Shown here: positions 36,912 through 47,200 of the stretch, in pieces
Position numbering within the stretch: position 1 is the stretch's first letter
How the letters are laid out: each line of letters starts with the position of its first letter
Origin: an uncultured virus (IMG/VR IMGVR_UViG_3300021961_000069)
Taxonomy: Duplodnaviria > Heunggongvirae > Uroviricota > Caudoviricetes
Virus record (IMG/VR): IMGVR_UViG_3300021961_000069
Length of the DNA stretch: 64,000 nt
Reading direction: 5' to 3' (one strand)
The notes under the pieces: model-generated
What the model saw: the letters and a program-made list of their open reading frames with translations, nothing else
Database searches by the model: none
Told to the model about the DNA's origin: nothing
Made by a program: the position numbers and the translations under genes

Positions 36912-37556
36912 TTATCTACTTACCCAGTTTGTATCTGAAAGCAATAGTGCTGTTCCATTAATGCTTGTTCCGTTTGCAACCCTGCAACAAGCGCCCCATA
37001 AGACTCCCCAATCTCTACAATTTATAGTTATATATATTGGATCTCCTGGCACTACTGTCCTTGTTGTTTGAAACCAAGTAGGCCAGCTGTTACCATTTAA
37101 AACTTGTGTTTGATTTAACCATACTGTAAAACCATTATCACAGGTAGCTCTAATAGTAATTTTATCACTAGTAGGTGTAAAGTAATATCCTACATAACTA
37201 TTGGCATATGCTGAACTACCGTAAGGCCAAATTACTTTTCCGTCTCTTGCGGCATTATAGTCTCCTGGCATACCTCTACCAGCATATGCATTACCTAATC
37301 TACTTTGATTATATCTAGGCGTAAATCTATACTGAGGTAAATTTTTCCACGGATTTCCATTCAGGTATGCTGTCGCAGATGCCGCTGTTCTTCCGTATAA
37401 TCTCCAATTATATGGTTCTTCATGCGTTTTCTTCCAACCAGATGATGTATAAATGTAGGTATCACTTACTTTGTTCCAGCCATCAGCGGTATTGACATAT
37501 TGATGTTCTACATCTTTCCAGGCACCGTCTGCATATACACTGGTATTGTTTGCCAT
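36912..37556 (-). CDS. Small tail-associated protein with PA14/lectin-like domain
   Basis: N-terminal GAWK/GWNK/GWKK repeats; TCDNGFTVWLN resembles the PA14-type DD motif. Confidence 0.5.
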   Translation of the reverse strand: MANNTSVYADGAWKDVEHQYVNTADGWNKVSDTYIYTSSGWKKTHEEPYNWRLYGRTAASATAYLNGNPWKNLPQYRFTPRYNQSRLGNAYAGRGMPGDYNAARDGKVIWPYGSSAYANSYVGYYFTPTSDKITIRATCDNGFTVWLNQTQVLNGNSWPTWFQTTRTVVPGDPIYITINCRDWGVLWGACCRVANGTSINGTALLLSDTNWVSR

Positions 37557-39529
37557 TATACTTCTCTCTGATACCAGATAGCATTCAATTCAGCACTACC
37601 ACTTGGCGGTGAAGTTGAAATAGTTACTCCTCCGACGCCTGCTTCACCTACTGCATTTTGTACAAAGGCTGTTGTAGCAATAGTTGTGTTGCTGGTTCCT
37701 GATGGTTGTGTTGTAGAATTGAGAGCATTAGTCGCTGTAGTTGCTGTGGTAGCATTACCGTTCAATGTCGCTGTGATTGTTCCTGCTGAAAAATTACCTG
37801 AAGCATCTCTTGCCACTACTTTACTTGCTGTATTTGTACTTGTAGCATCTACCGCTATCACAACCTGCGCTAGTCCATTAAAGTTTGTACCGTCTCCGCC
37901 AGTAAATGTAACATAATTACCTTTTACTAGACTTTCACTTGAGCTTGGTCTCCATCCTACGGTATTTCCTGCTAATGCTGTTAATACATAACCTGCTGTT
38001 CCTGTCGCTAAGAAAGTAGTTGATCCGGTTCCATCTTGATATGGTACTGATCCTGCGCCACCGCCTGCGATATTTGTAGCAGATGTCGCGGTTGTTGCTG
38101 TTTGTGCGTTACCAATTAAATCATTAGCATAAATTTTATTCCATTCTCTATTAGGACCACCTAAATTAATGTTTCCATTACTGCTTGGTATTAACGCTGG
38201 AGCGTTTTCTCCACCAAGTCCTAGTGCTATGGATGATGGAATTAAATTAACTCCTGCTCCAGTTGGTCTTGCAGAATCTGTGATCGCTAGATGTAATTCT
38301 TTGTTTGATGCCTGTGCTGTTAATAATGCATTTGAACTACCATCAATTGATATTTTTAATTGATTGCCTGATCCAACTTGCACACCTTCATCTAAAACTC
38401 TTAAGGATTCTAGTTGTCCAATTCTTATTAAACTTGAATACAGTACTGTAGCATTAATCGAATTACCAGTTAGTGTTGTTGCGGCCGCAGGTACTGTAAC
38501 ATTCTGTGATCCATCAAAAGGAACACCGTTGATATTCACAGGATTTTGTAATTTTGATGCTGTGAAAGAATTACCTGATAATGTAGCACCAATAAAACTA
38601 TTCGCTTCTACTACATCAAATCTACTTGTACCTGATGCGGCTGTAACATTACCTGTAACATCGCCTACTAGATCTGCTGTAATAGTGCCTGCTGAAAATC
38701 CACCAGCGCCGTTTCTCGCTACTACTTTACCTACGACATTAGCAGAGCTAGCATCAACTGACCAAGTAGTTGCTACACCGCCGTCGAAATCATTTCCTAA
38801 TATGTAGTCACCGGATAATAATTTATTAGTGGTGCTAGATTTAATTGTGATGTCTGCTGATCCGTCGAATGTAACCCCATTTAATCTTCTAGGTGTTGAT
38901 AACGCATCTGCTGTTTGAGCATTTCCAGTTAAATTTCCTCTTACCGCTGTGAGAGCATTTAAGTTGATACCGGCACTTAGTTGTCCAAAACCTGGAATTG
39001 CGTCTGCCGTGCCTATAGTAAAAGGCTCACTGGCTACAATAGCTATATCTCTACCATCGACCGTTAATATTAAAACAGCGTGTGTTACTCCAACAGAATC
39101 TCTTAGAGATCTAGATCTAGCTCGAGTTACTCCAAATCCATTTACAGACTCGGGACCTATTAAAATCCATTCACTTCCACTCCAAACATATAATTGATTG
39201 TCGGGAGTTTTTAACCAAAAGTTTCCATCTGCTGGAGCTGTAGGTGCTGTGGGGGATAATTCTGTAGAACCTAATACATTCCAAGAAGTTCCATCATAGA
39301 CACTCATTAAATTTTTAGAGGTATCAAACCAAGTTTGACCTGCTACTGGTCTTGATGGAGGAGCATCATTAGCAAAATTTTCTAATAGGAAGACAAAGTT
39401 TTCGTTTTGTGATTCACCATACCCAACGTAGTTTCTACCAACTAAACTAATACTCGTAGAAGTATCAATCGTTCCATCTTGTAGAACAATAAGTTCTTCG
39501 CCATTAAATTTGTTAATCGTATATGCCAT
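37556..39529 (-). CDS. Tail fibre protein
   Basis: Shared N-terminal domain; twice [IL]NGV.FDGS..I and SAN/TNT..KVVAR..G.FSAGTITA repeats; IATTAFV. Confidence 0.75.
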   Translation of the reverse strand: MAYTINKFNGEELIVLQDGTIDTSTSISLVGRNYVGYGESQNENFVFLLENFANDAPPSRPVAGQTWFDTSKNLMSVYDGTSWNVLGSTELSPTAPTAPADGNFWLKTPDNQLYVWSGSEWILIGPESVNGFGVTRARSRSLRDSVGVTHAVLILTVDGRDIAIVASEPFTIGTADAIPGFGQLSAGINLNALTAVRGNLTGNAQTADALSTPRRLNGVTFDGSADITIKSSTTNKLLSGDYILGNDFDGGVATTWSVDASSANVVGKVVARNGAGGFSAGTITADLVGDVTGNVTAASGTSRFDVVEANSFIGATLSGNSFTASKLQNPVNINGVPFDGSQNVTVPAAATTLTGNSINATVLYSSLIRIGQLESLRVLDEGVQVGSGNQLKISIDGSSNALLTAQASNKELHLAITDSARPTGAGVNLIPSSIALGLGGENAPALIPSSNGNINLGGPNREWNKIYANDLIGNAQTATTATSATNIAGGGAGSVPYQDGTGSTTFLATGTAGYVLTALAGNTVGWRPSSSESLVKGNYVTFTGGDGTNFNGLAQVVIAVDATSTNTASKVVARDASGNFSAGTITATLNGNATTATTATNALNSTTQPSGTSNTTIATTAFVQNAVGEAGVGGVTISTSPPSGSAELNAIWYQREV

Positions 39530-39550
39530 TTAAATCGCTCCTGCTCCTTA

Positions 39551-41419
39551 TTATGGGGGAAGTGGAATGTCTGATTGGTGCGACCAACCACTTATTAATA
39601 ATTGGAAAACTTTAATAATTCTTGTTGTTGAAATCGATGGTGCTGGCACTGTCGCTGTCGCAACTGATACATTCGTTAGTGCGTTTCCTGTAGTACCTGA
39701 TAAATCTGTTAAGAATGGGCTCTGTGATTTAGATACTAACGCATTAATATCTAGAGATCCGGTCGAGTTAGCAATTTGAGTACATAAAATCCTAGCATAA
39801 GTTCCAACTCTATAGTATGCCGCTGGAGCGATATTATTTAAAATATTAGTAATAATATATCCATTTGATTTACCGTCCGATAAATCCATACTAAACACAA
39901 CGTCTCTTGATTCGATAGTAGCATCAACATACTCTTTGGTTGCGGCATCTTGTGCCAGTGTCGGATCAGCCATACCTGTGATTTTTGGACTGCCAATTAA
40001 TACAATATTGCCTGAACCATTCGGTGCTATTTCTAAATCTGTATTTGATGTTTCTGTTGAAATCCTGTTGGTAGTTATTCTTATAGTATCGATTCCACTA
40101 GGACCTACATTAAGTGTTTCTTGAGTACCGAAAGATGTAACTCCTGGAATAGCTGTTACACTTGCTGATAATCTAAATGTTTTTGGTGCTGTACCGGTTT
40201 GTTCGATCACCGGAGTGCTATCTATAGCAAAATATTTGTTTTGAGCAAGGTTGAGATGATCTGAACTATTCCACGCTCCACTTAGCAAATCAGGAAGTTC
40301 TGGATCTCCTGTTTCGTTAGTCTGTGACCAAATTAAAACGTGTTTTGTTGCACCTTCTAAAATAACACCACCACCGGACGCATTTTCATCTGTAGGAGTA
40401 ACTCCAGTTTGTGATGCTAGATTGATAGTTTTGTCTTCAACGGTTAATGTCGCTACATCGATCGTTGTAGTGTCACCTTGTACGGTTAAGTTTCCTGTAA
40501 CAACAACAGATCCACCAAATGTTGATACACTATCAGCGAATCCAGAGTAGAAATCAATAGTACGTGCCGCTGTTCCGATTGCCACTGCTGTTTCTTGGCT
40601 GATACCTTTTCTAACATTCAGTTTCATATCTTTGTCAGATGCGGTGTTTGCTATTAACACATTACCAGAACTAACAGTGAAACTTCCTTGGCCGGCACTA
40701 CCTAAAATTAATCCTAAATCAGTATTGATTCTAAATTGTCCTTCAACCTGATTTGCTGTATCTTTACGTACATAAGTAGTTGCTAATGTTCCACCTAATT
40801 GTTCTGAGTTTGTACAGGTTACATTAAACTTAATACCTGCTAAACTACCAGCATTAAACCCAGGCTGGATAGTTCCAGAAAATCCTGTGATTGCATTTTT
40901 GGGTGTAAAACTATCTTTAGCGAATATACCTAGCAAGATGCCATTGTTATACAACAATGTAATTACACGTGTTTGATTTAGTGTGTCTAGAATACTTTGT
41001 ACTTCTATCCCACTCTTGCCTTGGCTTGCTGAATAAGCTGGAGATATAAGAACTGGGTTGACTCCATCAAAGAAAAATAGTTGCTCGTTCGTTTCGTCAT
41101 ACCATAAATCGCCAATACCTAATGTTGTAGGCTGTGTTGTCGAAATAGTTGCTGAGCTTACAGGAACAAATGTAGTGCCACTATAGACTTTTAATTTTTG
41201 TTCAGAACTATCAAACCAAATCTGTCCTCGTATAGGATTGTTAGGCCTTGTTGTACTTGAAAAATTTTCAAGCAACTTAATAAAGTTTTCATTTAAGGCT
41301 TCGCCGAACCCACTGTAATTCTTACCTATAAGGGTAAGATCAGTAGACAGGGTATCTATCTGTCCATCTGCTACGGTTGCTACTACGGTTCCGTCTGTTT
41401 TGTTAATCTGATATGCCAT
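39551..41419 (-). CDS. Tail fibre/baseplate protein
   Basis: Shared N-terminal domain; GNLTVQGDTT, DAATKEYVD fibre motifs. Confidence 0.75.
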   Translation of the reverse strand: MAYQINKTDGTVVATVADGQIDTLSTDLTLIGKNYSGFGEALNENFIKLLENFSSTTRPNNPIRGQIWFDSSEQKLKVYSGTTFVPVSSATISTTQPTTLGIGDLWYDETNEQLFFFDGVNPVLISPAYSASQGKSGIEVQSILDTLNQTRVITLLYNNGILLGIFAKDSFTPKNAITGFSGTIQPGFNAGSLAGIKFNVTCTNSEQLGGTLATTYVRKDTANQVEGQFRINTDLGLILGSAGQGSFTVSSGNVLIANTASDKDMKLNVRKGISQETAVAIGTAARTIDFYSGFADSVSTFGGSVVVTGNLTVQGDTTTIDVATLTVEDKTINLASQTGVTPTDENASGGGVILEGATKHVLIWSQTNETGDPELPDLLSGAWNSSDHLNLAQNKYFAIDSTPVIEQTGTAPKTFRLSASVTAIPGVTSFGTQETLNVGPSGIDTIRITTNRISTETSNTDLEIAPNGSGNIVLIGSPKITGMADPTLAQDAATKEYVDATIESRDVVFSMDLSDGKSNGYIITNILNNIAPAAYYRVGTYARILCTQIANSTGSLDINALVSKSQSPFLTDLSGTTGNALTNVSVATATVPAPSISTTRIIKVFQLLISGWSHQSDIPLPP

Positions 41420-41434
41420 ATTTTTTCAACCTAA

Positions 41435-43561
41435 TTAAAATAATGCTGGTCCTGATCTAATAATGTAATTAATTGTTAAGTACGGGTTCATTATACCGAC
41501 TGGAGTGCCTAGTTCAAACTCAGAACTTGGTTTTTTAACTCCTCCTGAATTATCGAGATATTGTGCATTTCCAGGAGATGTTGGTCCAAGACCTGGATTT
41601 GATTCCCCGTCAGTGTCTAAAGAATTATCAATTCTAACCGCACTGTATTGTTTTTCGCTGTCACTAACCATATCGTGTTCGTGATCTGGTAAATTTGTTA
41701 ATGTTAATGTAGCTGAACTTGATCCTGCATTTCCACCTAACTGTTGAGCTTTAATATCAGCAACTCTTCCTGCTGTACCGCCACCGCCATCTACATAACT
41801 ACCACCTGATGTCGGAACGCTGATACCATTATCCATATTGTCTTTACCTAATGCAAATCTACCTCTTAGATCTGGAAGCCTAAATGTTCCAGTTCCAGCT
41901 AACGCCGATGCCCCATTATAGGTAGTTCCTAGCACATCATATAAATCTCTATATTTGATAATTTCAACCTCTGAACCATCACATAATAAAAATCCTGTAG
42001 GAACATTATTTCCTGCGAATGGTAATATAGCACCTATCGGTAATCCTAAATCAGCTACAAATGCATCACGTTTTTGTTTTAACAATCCTGTTGATGCTGA
42101 TGATGATGTATCAGGATCTCTATAAATTAGGATATAATCATTCTTTTCTGAATCAACTGGGAATGGTTCATCTTTACCTGAAATAATATTTGCTGTAAGT
42201 TCTGTATTGAAAATCTTTGTATAACTTCCAACCTGTCCATCAAATGATATCGCTGGAGAAACAACATCTCCTGCTAACTGGAATGTTGTAACATTTCTTA
42301 AGTTAGTGGCTGTGTTAGCATTACCATTAATGTTGCCATTTAGAATACCTTCAATTTCATCTGCGATAAGTTTTTTAGCACGTATGTTATTCCACCGTTT
42401 AAGAGTTGTTCCTAGATCGTATCTATCTGTTATTTTAGGTTGAACTTCGTTTGTAACCGTTGTGCCTGTGACATCAATTCCGGCACCTACTAAAATATTT
42501 TTAGTTACAGCCATACCGCCTGCTGTTCGAATACTACCATTGCCTAAGTTCGTGCTTGGCGTAACATCTGTGGTTACCAATGCACCATTTAATAATATAT
42601 TTCCATCTACATCTAATGCTTCTTCAGGAGATGCTTTGTTAATACCGACTTTGTTATCTAAAACACGTAGAACGGTTGTTGGAACACCATTTCTATTGAT
42701 TTGTAAATCTAATGAACTACCTGAACTTGAATTATAAATTTTTGCCGCTGTAGTTGATGTTGAGATATTAAAATTACCGTCTGTGCCGATCGTTAATCCT
42801 GTATTATTCCTAATGTTGAAACTCTGTTCTGTTGTGTTAATAGTGTCTGATCTTAGGAACTTGCTTGCGGCTACTTCTGTAGAACCAATATTTAATGCAT
42901 CAGCCGCTGTTGCTGTTCCGTATAATTTAGGAAGAAATCCTCCGGCAAACTCTGCGATATCTGAGGCACCCACAGGAACGTTTATATTCATACCTGCACG
43001 GATTCTTTGATATCCATCGATTGCGATCTTAGGTGTAAAACTATTTTTACTGAATATAATTACAGGAATATCTGCAATATAAAATTTTAAAACAACCTGT
43101 GTTGTGTTATTTGAATCTGCTAATGATTCTACCGCAGGTCCATAACGTAATCCATCTATTGAACTTTCTTGAGGACCAACTAAAAGCCATCTCGCACCTG
43201 TATAGATACGTAATTGTTGATTAGTGGTATCCACCCAAAGCTCACCAACTTTACTATTTTCAACTGCTGGTTCAGTAGGGCTACGCTGGATGTTAGAAGC
43301 CGCTTTCCAATCTGTTGAATCAAACATCATTAGAGTGCTGTTTGCTGAATCATACCATAGCTGACCTTCGACTGGATTTACTGGTTGTGAAGCAGATGAA
43401 AAGTTTTCTAACAGATTAAGAAAATTTTCTGCAATGATCTGCCCGTATCCAGTGACATTACGTCCTGGAAAGGTTAAACTAGTATCTGTGCTTGATGTAT
43501 TATCAAACACTGTAATTGGTGTTTTATTTTCGCTGTCTGTAAAATTTACTATATATGGCAT
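41435..43561 (-). CDS. Tail fibre protein with tail-collar domain (gp12-like)
   Basis: Shared N-terminal domain; PIGAILPFAG..P.GFLLCDG..FRLPDLRGRF, NLPDHEH, PYLTINYII. Confidence 0.82.
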   Translation of the reverse strand: MPYIVNFTDSENKTPITVFDNTSSTDTSLTFPGRNVTGYGQIIAENFLNLLENFSSASQPVNPVEGQLWYDSANSTLMMFDSTDWKAASNIQRSPTEPAVENSKVGELWVDTTNQQLRIYTGARWLLVGPQESSIDGLRYGPAVESLADSNNTTQVVLKFYIADIPVIIFSKNSFTPKIAIDGYQRIRAGMNINVPVGASDIAEFAGGFLPKLYGTATAADALNIGSTEVAASKFLRSDTINTTEQSFNIRNNTGLTIGTDGNFNISTSTTAAKIYNSSSGSSLDLQINRNGVPTTVLRVLDNKVGINKASPEEALDVDGNILLNGALVTTDVTPSTNLGNGSIRTAGGMAVTKNILVGAGIDVTGTTVTNEVQPKITDRYDLGTTLKRWNNIRAKKLIADEIEGILNGNINGNANTATNLRNVTTFQLAGDVVSPAISFDGQVGSYTKIFNTELTANIISGKDEPFPVDSEKNDYILIYRDPDTSSSASTGLLKQKRDAFVADLGLPIGAILPFAGNNVPTGFLLCDGSEVEIIKYRDLYDVLGTTYNGASALAGTGTFRLPDLRGRFALGKDNMDNGISVPTSGGSYVDGGGGTAGRVADIKAQQLGGNAGSSSATLTLTNLPDHEHDMVSDSEKQYSAVRIDNSLDTDGESNPGLGPTSPGNAQYLDNSGGVKKPSSEFELGTPVGIMNPYLTINYIIRSGPALF

Positions 43562-43564
43562 CTA

Positions 43565-44233
43565 TTATACCTCTGTGAAACCAGTTAAGCTCTGTACACG
43601 GATCGTATAATCAATCTGCAAAAGCCTGTTTAAAGATTTTTGTACTGGATGGAACACCACGTGTGTCAATAATTTTCCATCACCGTTTGGATTATATGAT
43701 TTTAATCCTAATTCGTCAAATACAAAATTGCCGTCTAGATTTACACTGTTATCAAATGCTTCTTGATCAATCGGCTCACCATAATCTAATAAACAAGATA
43801 CTAAAATATCTGAATAGGTAGCTCCACTGATGTGTCGTATTTCCATCTTATTACGAACAGGATCACTGTTTGCTGTCGCATTCTGATCAACAATTTTTGT
43901 ATATGTTTGATTATAAAGACTCGAATTAATTCCTATGGTGTTTGGTGTTAGATATGTGATTAATCCTGTTGAATCAACAACAGTACCTCCTGATCCAAAT
44001 ACCATTTGATAAATTGTTCCTTGTCCTTGATTAGATAAACTATTAACCATTGCTACGGACATATTCTCGTAATGAATAGCGTTACGTTTATCTATAAAGA
44101 TTTCGCCATTTGACGGATCAAATATCTTGATATGCCCTTCAAAATGGAATCCACCTGTCTCGTTAGGACGTTTTGTATTCTGTTGTTTGTCTGTCATAGT
44201 GTTCTCTGGCATTTTAATATCTCTTGGTTCCAT
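43565..44233 (-). CDS. Baseplate/virion structural protein
   Basis: FDELGL, LLTHVVFHPVQKSLNR; start moved to MEPRD, 4 nt after ATAAATA (44238-44244). Confidence 0.65.
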   Translation of the reverse strand: MEPRDIKMPENTMTDKQQNTKRPNETGGFHFEGHIKIFDPSNGEIFIDKRNAIHYENMSVAMVNSLSNQGQGTIYQMVFGSGGTVVDSTGLITYLTPNTIGINSSLYNQTYTKIVDQNATANSDPVRNKMEIRHISGATYSDILVSCLLDYGEPIDQEAFDNSVNLDGNFVFDELGLKSYNPNGDGKLLTHVVFHPVQKSLNRLLQIDYTIRVQSLTGFTEV

Positions 44234-44240
44234 AGTGTAT

Positions 44241-47200
44241 TTATTCAGGTAAATTTGTTGTCCTGTCAGCAATGAATCTAGCTATAGGGGTTGTATTATC
44301 AAGCAGTGTAACGCCTGTAGAAGCCGTTGTATCTCCTCGATCATACCATATTCTACCTGTTTTCCTTATGACAGAAACTCTTGTTCCTGCTGGTAAAGGA
44401 TTAGTTAATCTAATATATGAGCTAGTTCCATCTACACTGAACTCTGCTTCAACTTTAATATCTGCTGTAGGACTGCTTGCACCTAAACTTTCGCTGTATG
44501 CATCGATAGGATCTTTCCTTAATCTAGAGCCTCCCGCAAATACTTCTATTTGGTCACAAGGTCCGTTGTCAGTCGGTATGGTTGATCTATACCAAGTAGT
44601 CCTTTCTGCTTTAGGTGGTAAGAAATCTAACGGTCCTATTAATAACGAGCTACCGTCACTAACAAAATCTTCTCTGTTTTGTGTTTCATTATATGGTATG
44701 GTTTCTTCACTACCGAGATCAATAACATAACTTCCTATAGCATATGTTTCACCGATAGCTGTTCCTGCACTTCCTCTTCTTAATTGAGAAAGAGTATTTC
44801 CCGACTTACTTAGATATTCGATTCTTTCATTTTCTATTTCTACTATACCTGGAATATTTCTCAGTGGTATAGGATCAGTAAGATTAGAAGCATCAGTTAC
44901 TACTATTTCCTGATCATAGTATTTTAATTCACGTGCTAGTTTAACTTCTCTATCTTTGCTATATCTCTTAAATCTATAAACATTCAACATATCTTTATGG
45001 ATTTCATAAGCACTTGGTTCATTATATGTGTTTGCACTGAAAGCAATTATTTTAATTAAATCACTGCTTGTTGAATCTTCTTTTAGATATAAAACGCTTC
45101 TTGGTAGAGATATTAAATAATCTTCATCTTTGGTTAATCTAATACCATTTTTATAAACCCAAACGTGGCTAGCATTTAATGGAACTTGTTTTAATTGATA
45201 ATTTATCTTACCGCCAACATATTCGTCTGCATTTACTTGCATAGATGGATATTCTGAGAACCAAGTTACTGTAATGCTATCTCCTTCACTCAATGAAACG
45301 GTTCCTTCTATTACTAGGTTGTTTCCTGATACTGTATATTGTGATCTAAGATTGTTCTCAATTTTAATAATATCGCCAACATTCAATGTTGAATTATATG
45401 TGAGAATTTTTGTAGTACCGTCATATACATAATCTTGAACAGGAATTTTTACTTCATTATTAACCAACACAGTAATATTCGAATTAAGAATAGCACCTGC
45501 ACCTTCTAATGGATCTTGTCCGAGAGTAAATGAGTTTGTTACACCGTCGTACACACTATAGATCGTATCGACCCCTCTTAATGCGGTGTTATTAACCTCA
45601 ACGACTATAGCAGATTGTGCTGATGCTCTGGTTAAATTTACAAAGTTATCTAAAGATAATGATCTTGTGCTACCATCAAATGTTATTTGTTGTTGATTCA
45701 CCCTAACTACAGATAGTCCTGTTAGATCAACATCTGAGTTGGCACCAAAACATATTATTTTAACTATAGAATTTTCAGCAGGTGATTGTCCAAACTGTAT
45801 TATTGATTTTCCTTCGACTTCAACTAAATCGGAACTGTTAGCAAATGTTGCTGTTGTTTCATGTACTCCATTGACTGTAACAAACACAGTATCTGTATCT
45901 GCAAAATTAGCGGCAGTTAAGAATAAATTAGTTTCGCCATCTGCAGTATATTCTTGATAATCTAATAATGCTACTCCGCCTCTACCTATCGCTATTATTT
46001 CTACTATCGCACCGCTTGCTGGCGGAGATGTAAAGGTAACTGAATTTGTAGAAAGATTAATTGTATAATCTGTTGCTATCGTTTTCTTAATTTTATCTAC
46101 ATAAACTAATACCGAAGAGTTTTCAATAACTTCTAAACCAATAGAATATTCTGAAGTTGTTCCATTTGAAACCACAGTTCTAGATTGCAATGGTGCCGCT
46201 CCTGAAGGAGTACTGTTAAACACTTTGATACTTACGCTATCTAATACTTGTCCTGGAATATTTTCTTCTGGCGCAGGTACTTGATCCGGTGTTATAAATC
46301 CTGATCCGTCTATAGTAATTTCTTCAGCTGTTAGTCCTGTAGCAGTAGCATAAGCACCGCTCATAGCACTTAATGTACCGCCACTAACATTAGTATCAAC
46401 AATATTAGGATCACTTATAGTTACTGATCCGTCTGATTCTGTTGGACGGAATATTAAAGTATCACCAGCATTAGTTTGTACATATACTCCAATATCTATA
46501 GCTGTTGTTGAACCGTCACCATAGAATGTCGGCATTTCTGCATTTGGATTAGTAGTACTAGAACTATCCAAGCCTGGTACTGCTGGTATTGCAGGTGATC
46601 CGCCTACTAATGCATCAACCACATATCCTGACACGCCTGCTAGTGCTGGATTGTCTTGTGCTGGTGTATTACCATCTTGGAATATACTTCTAATTGTTGC
46701 AAGTGATGGCTTACTAATAACCGGAGCAATGTATTGGTTGTGGAACGCATAACCTAATGGGTTATTTGCTAGAATGCCTGCTTGGGTACGCATATCGTCT
46801 GTCCATTCCGGAGCAAGACTTCCGCCGTCCCATAATTCTGTGTATTCAAACATACAGAAGTTTAGTAGATACAGGTATTCTTTTGCGGCTACTTCAAATG
46901 CATCTGCGTTTGTCTTCCAATCGTCTGATGGACTTTGATAACCCGATGGATCCCACTTGCCTGCATCGTATGCTTCTTCCATTGCCGCATACAAATCACC
47001 TGACTGCCAGTCTGCACTTATAAAAGGATATAATTTTATATCTTCTGCAGGTAAACCATGCATGTGTAGTGTATGGAATACGTGTTCAATAACTTCCTGT
47101 GCATCTGTATCGCCATCGCCATAACCGTCACCAGTTGAATTCAAATACCACACCATGTCATTTTGTACATGAGTGTCAAACAAGTCTGTTAGGTTCCAAA

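Noticed and set aside
32232..43561. Diversity-generating retroelement acting on the fibre genes
   Set aside because: No reverse transcriptase in the window and no template/variable repeat pair with adenine-specific mismatches noticed
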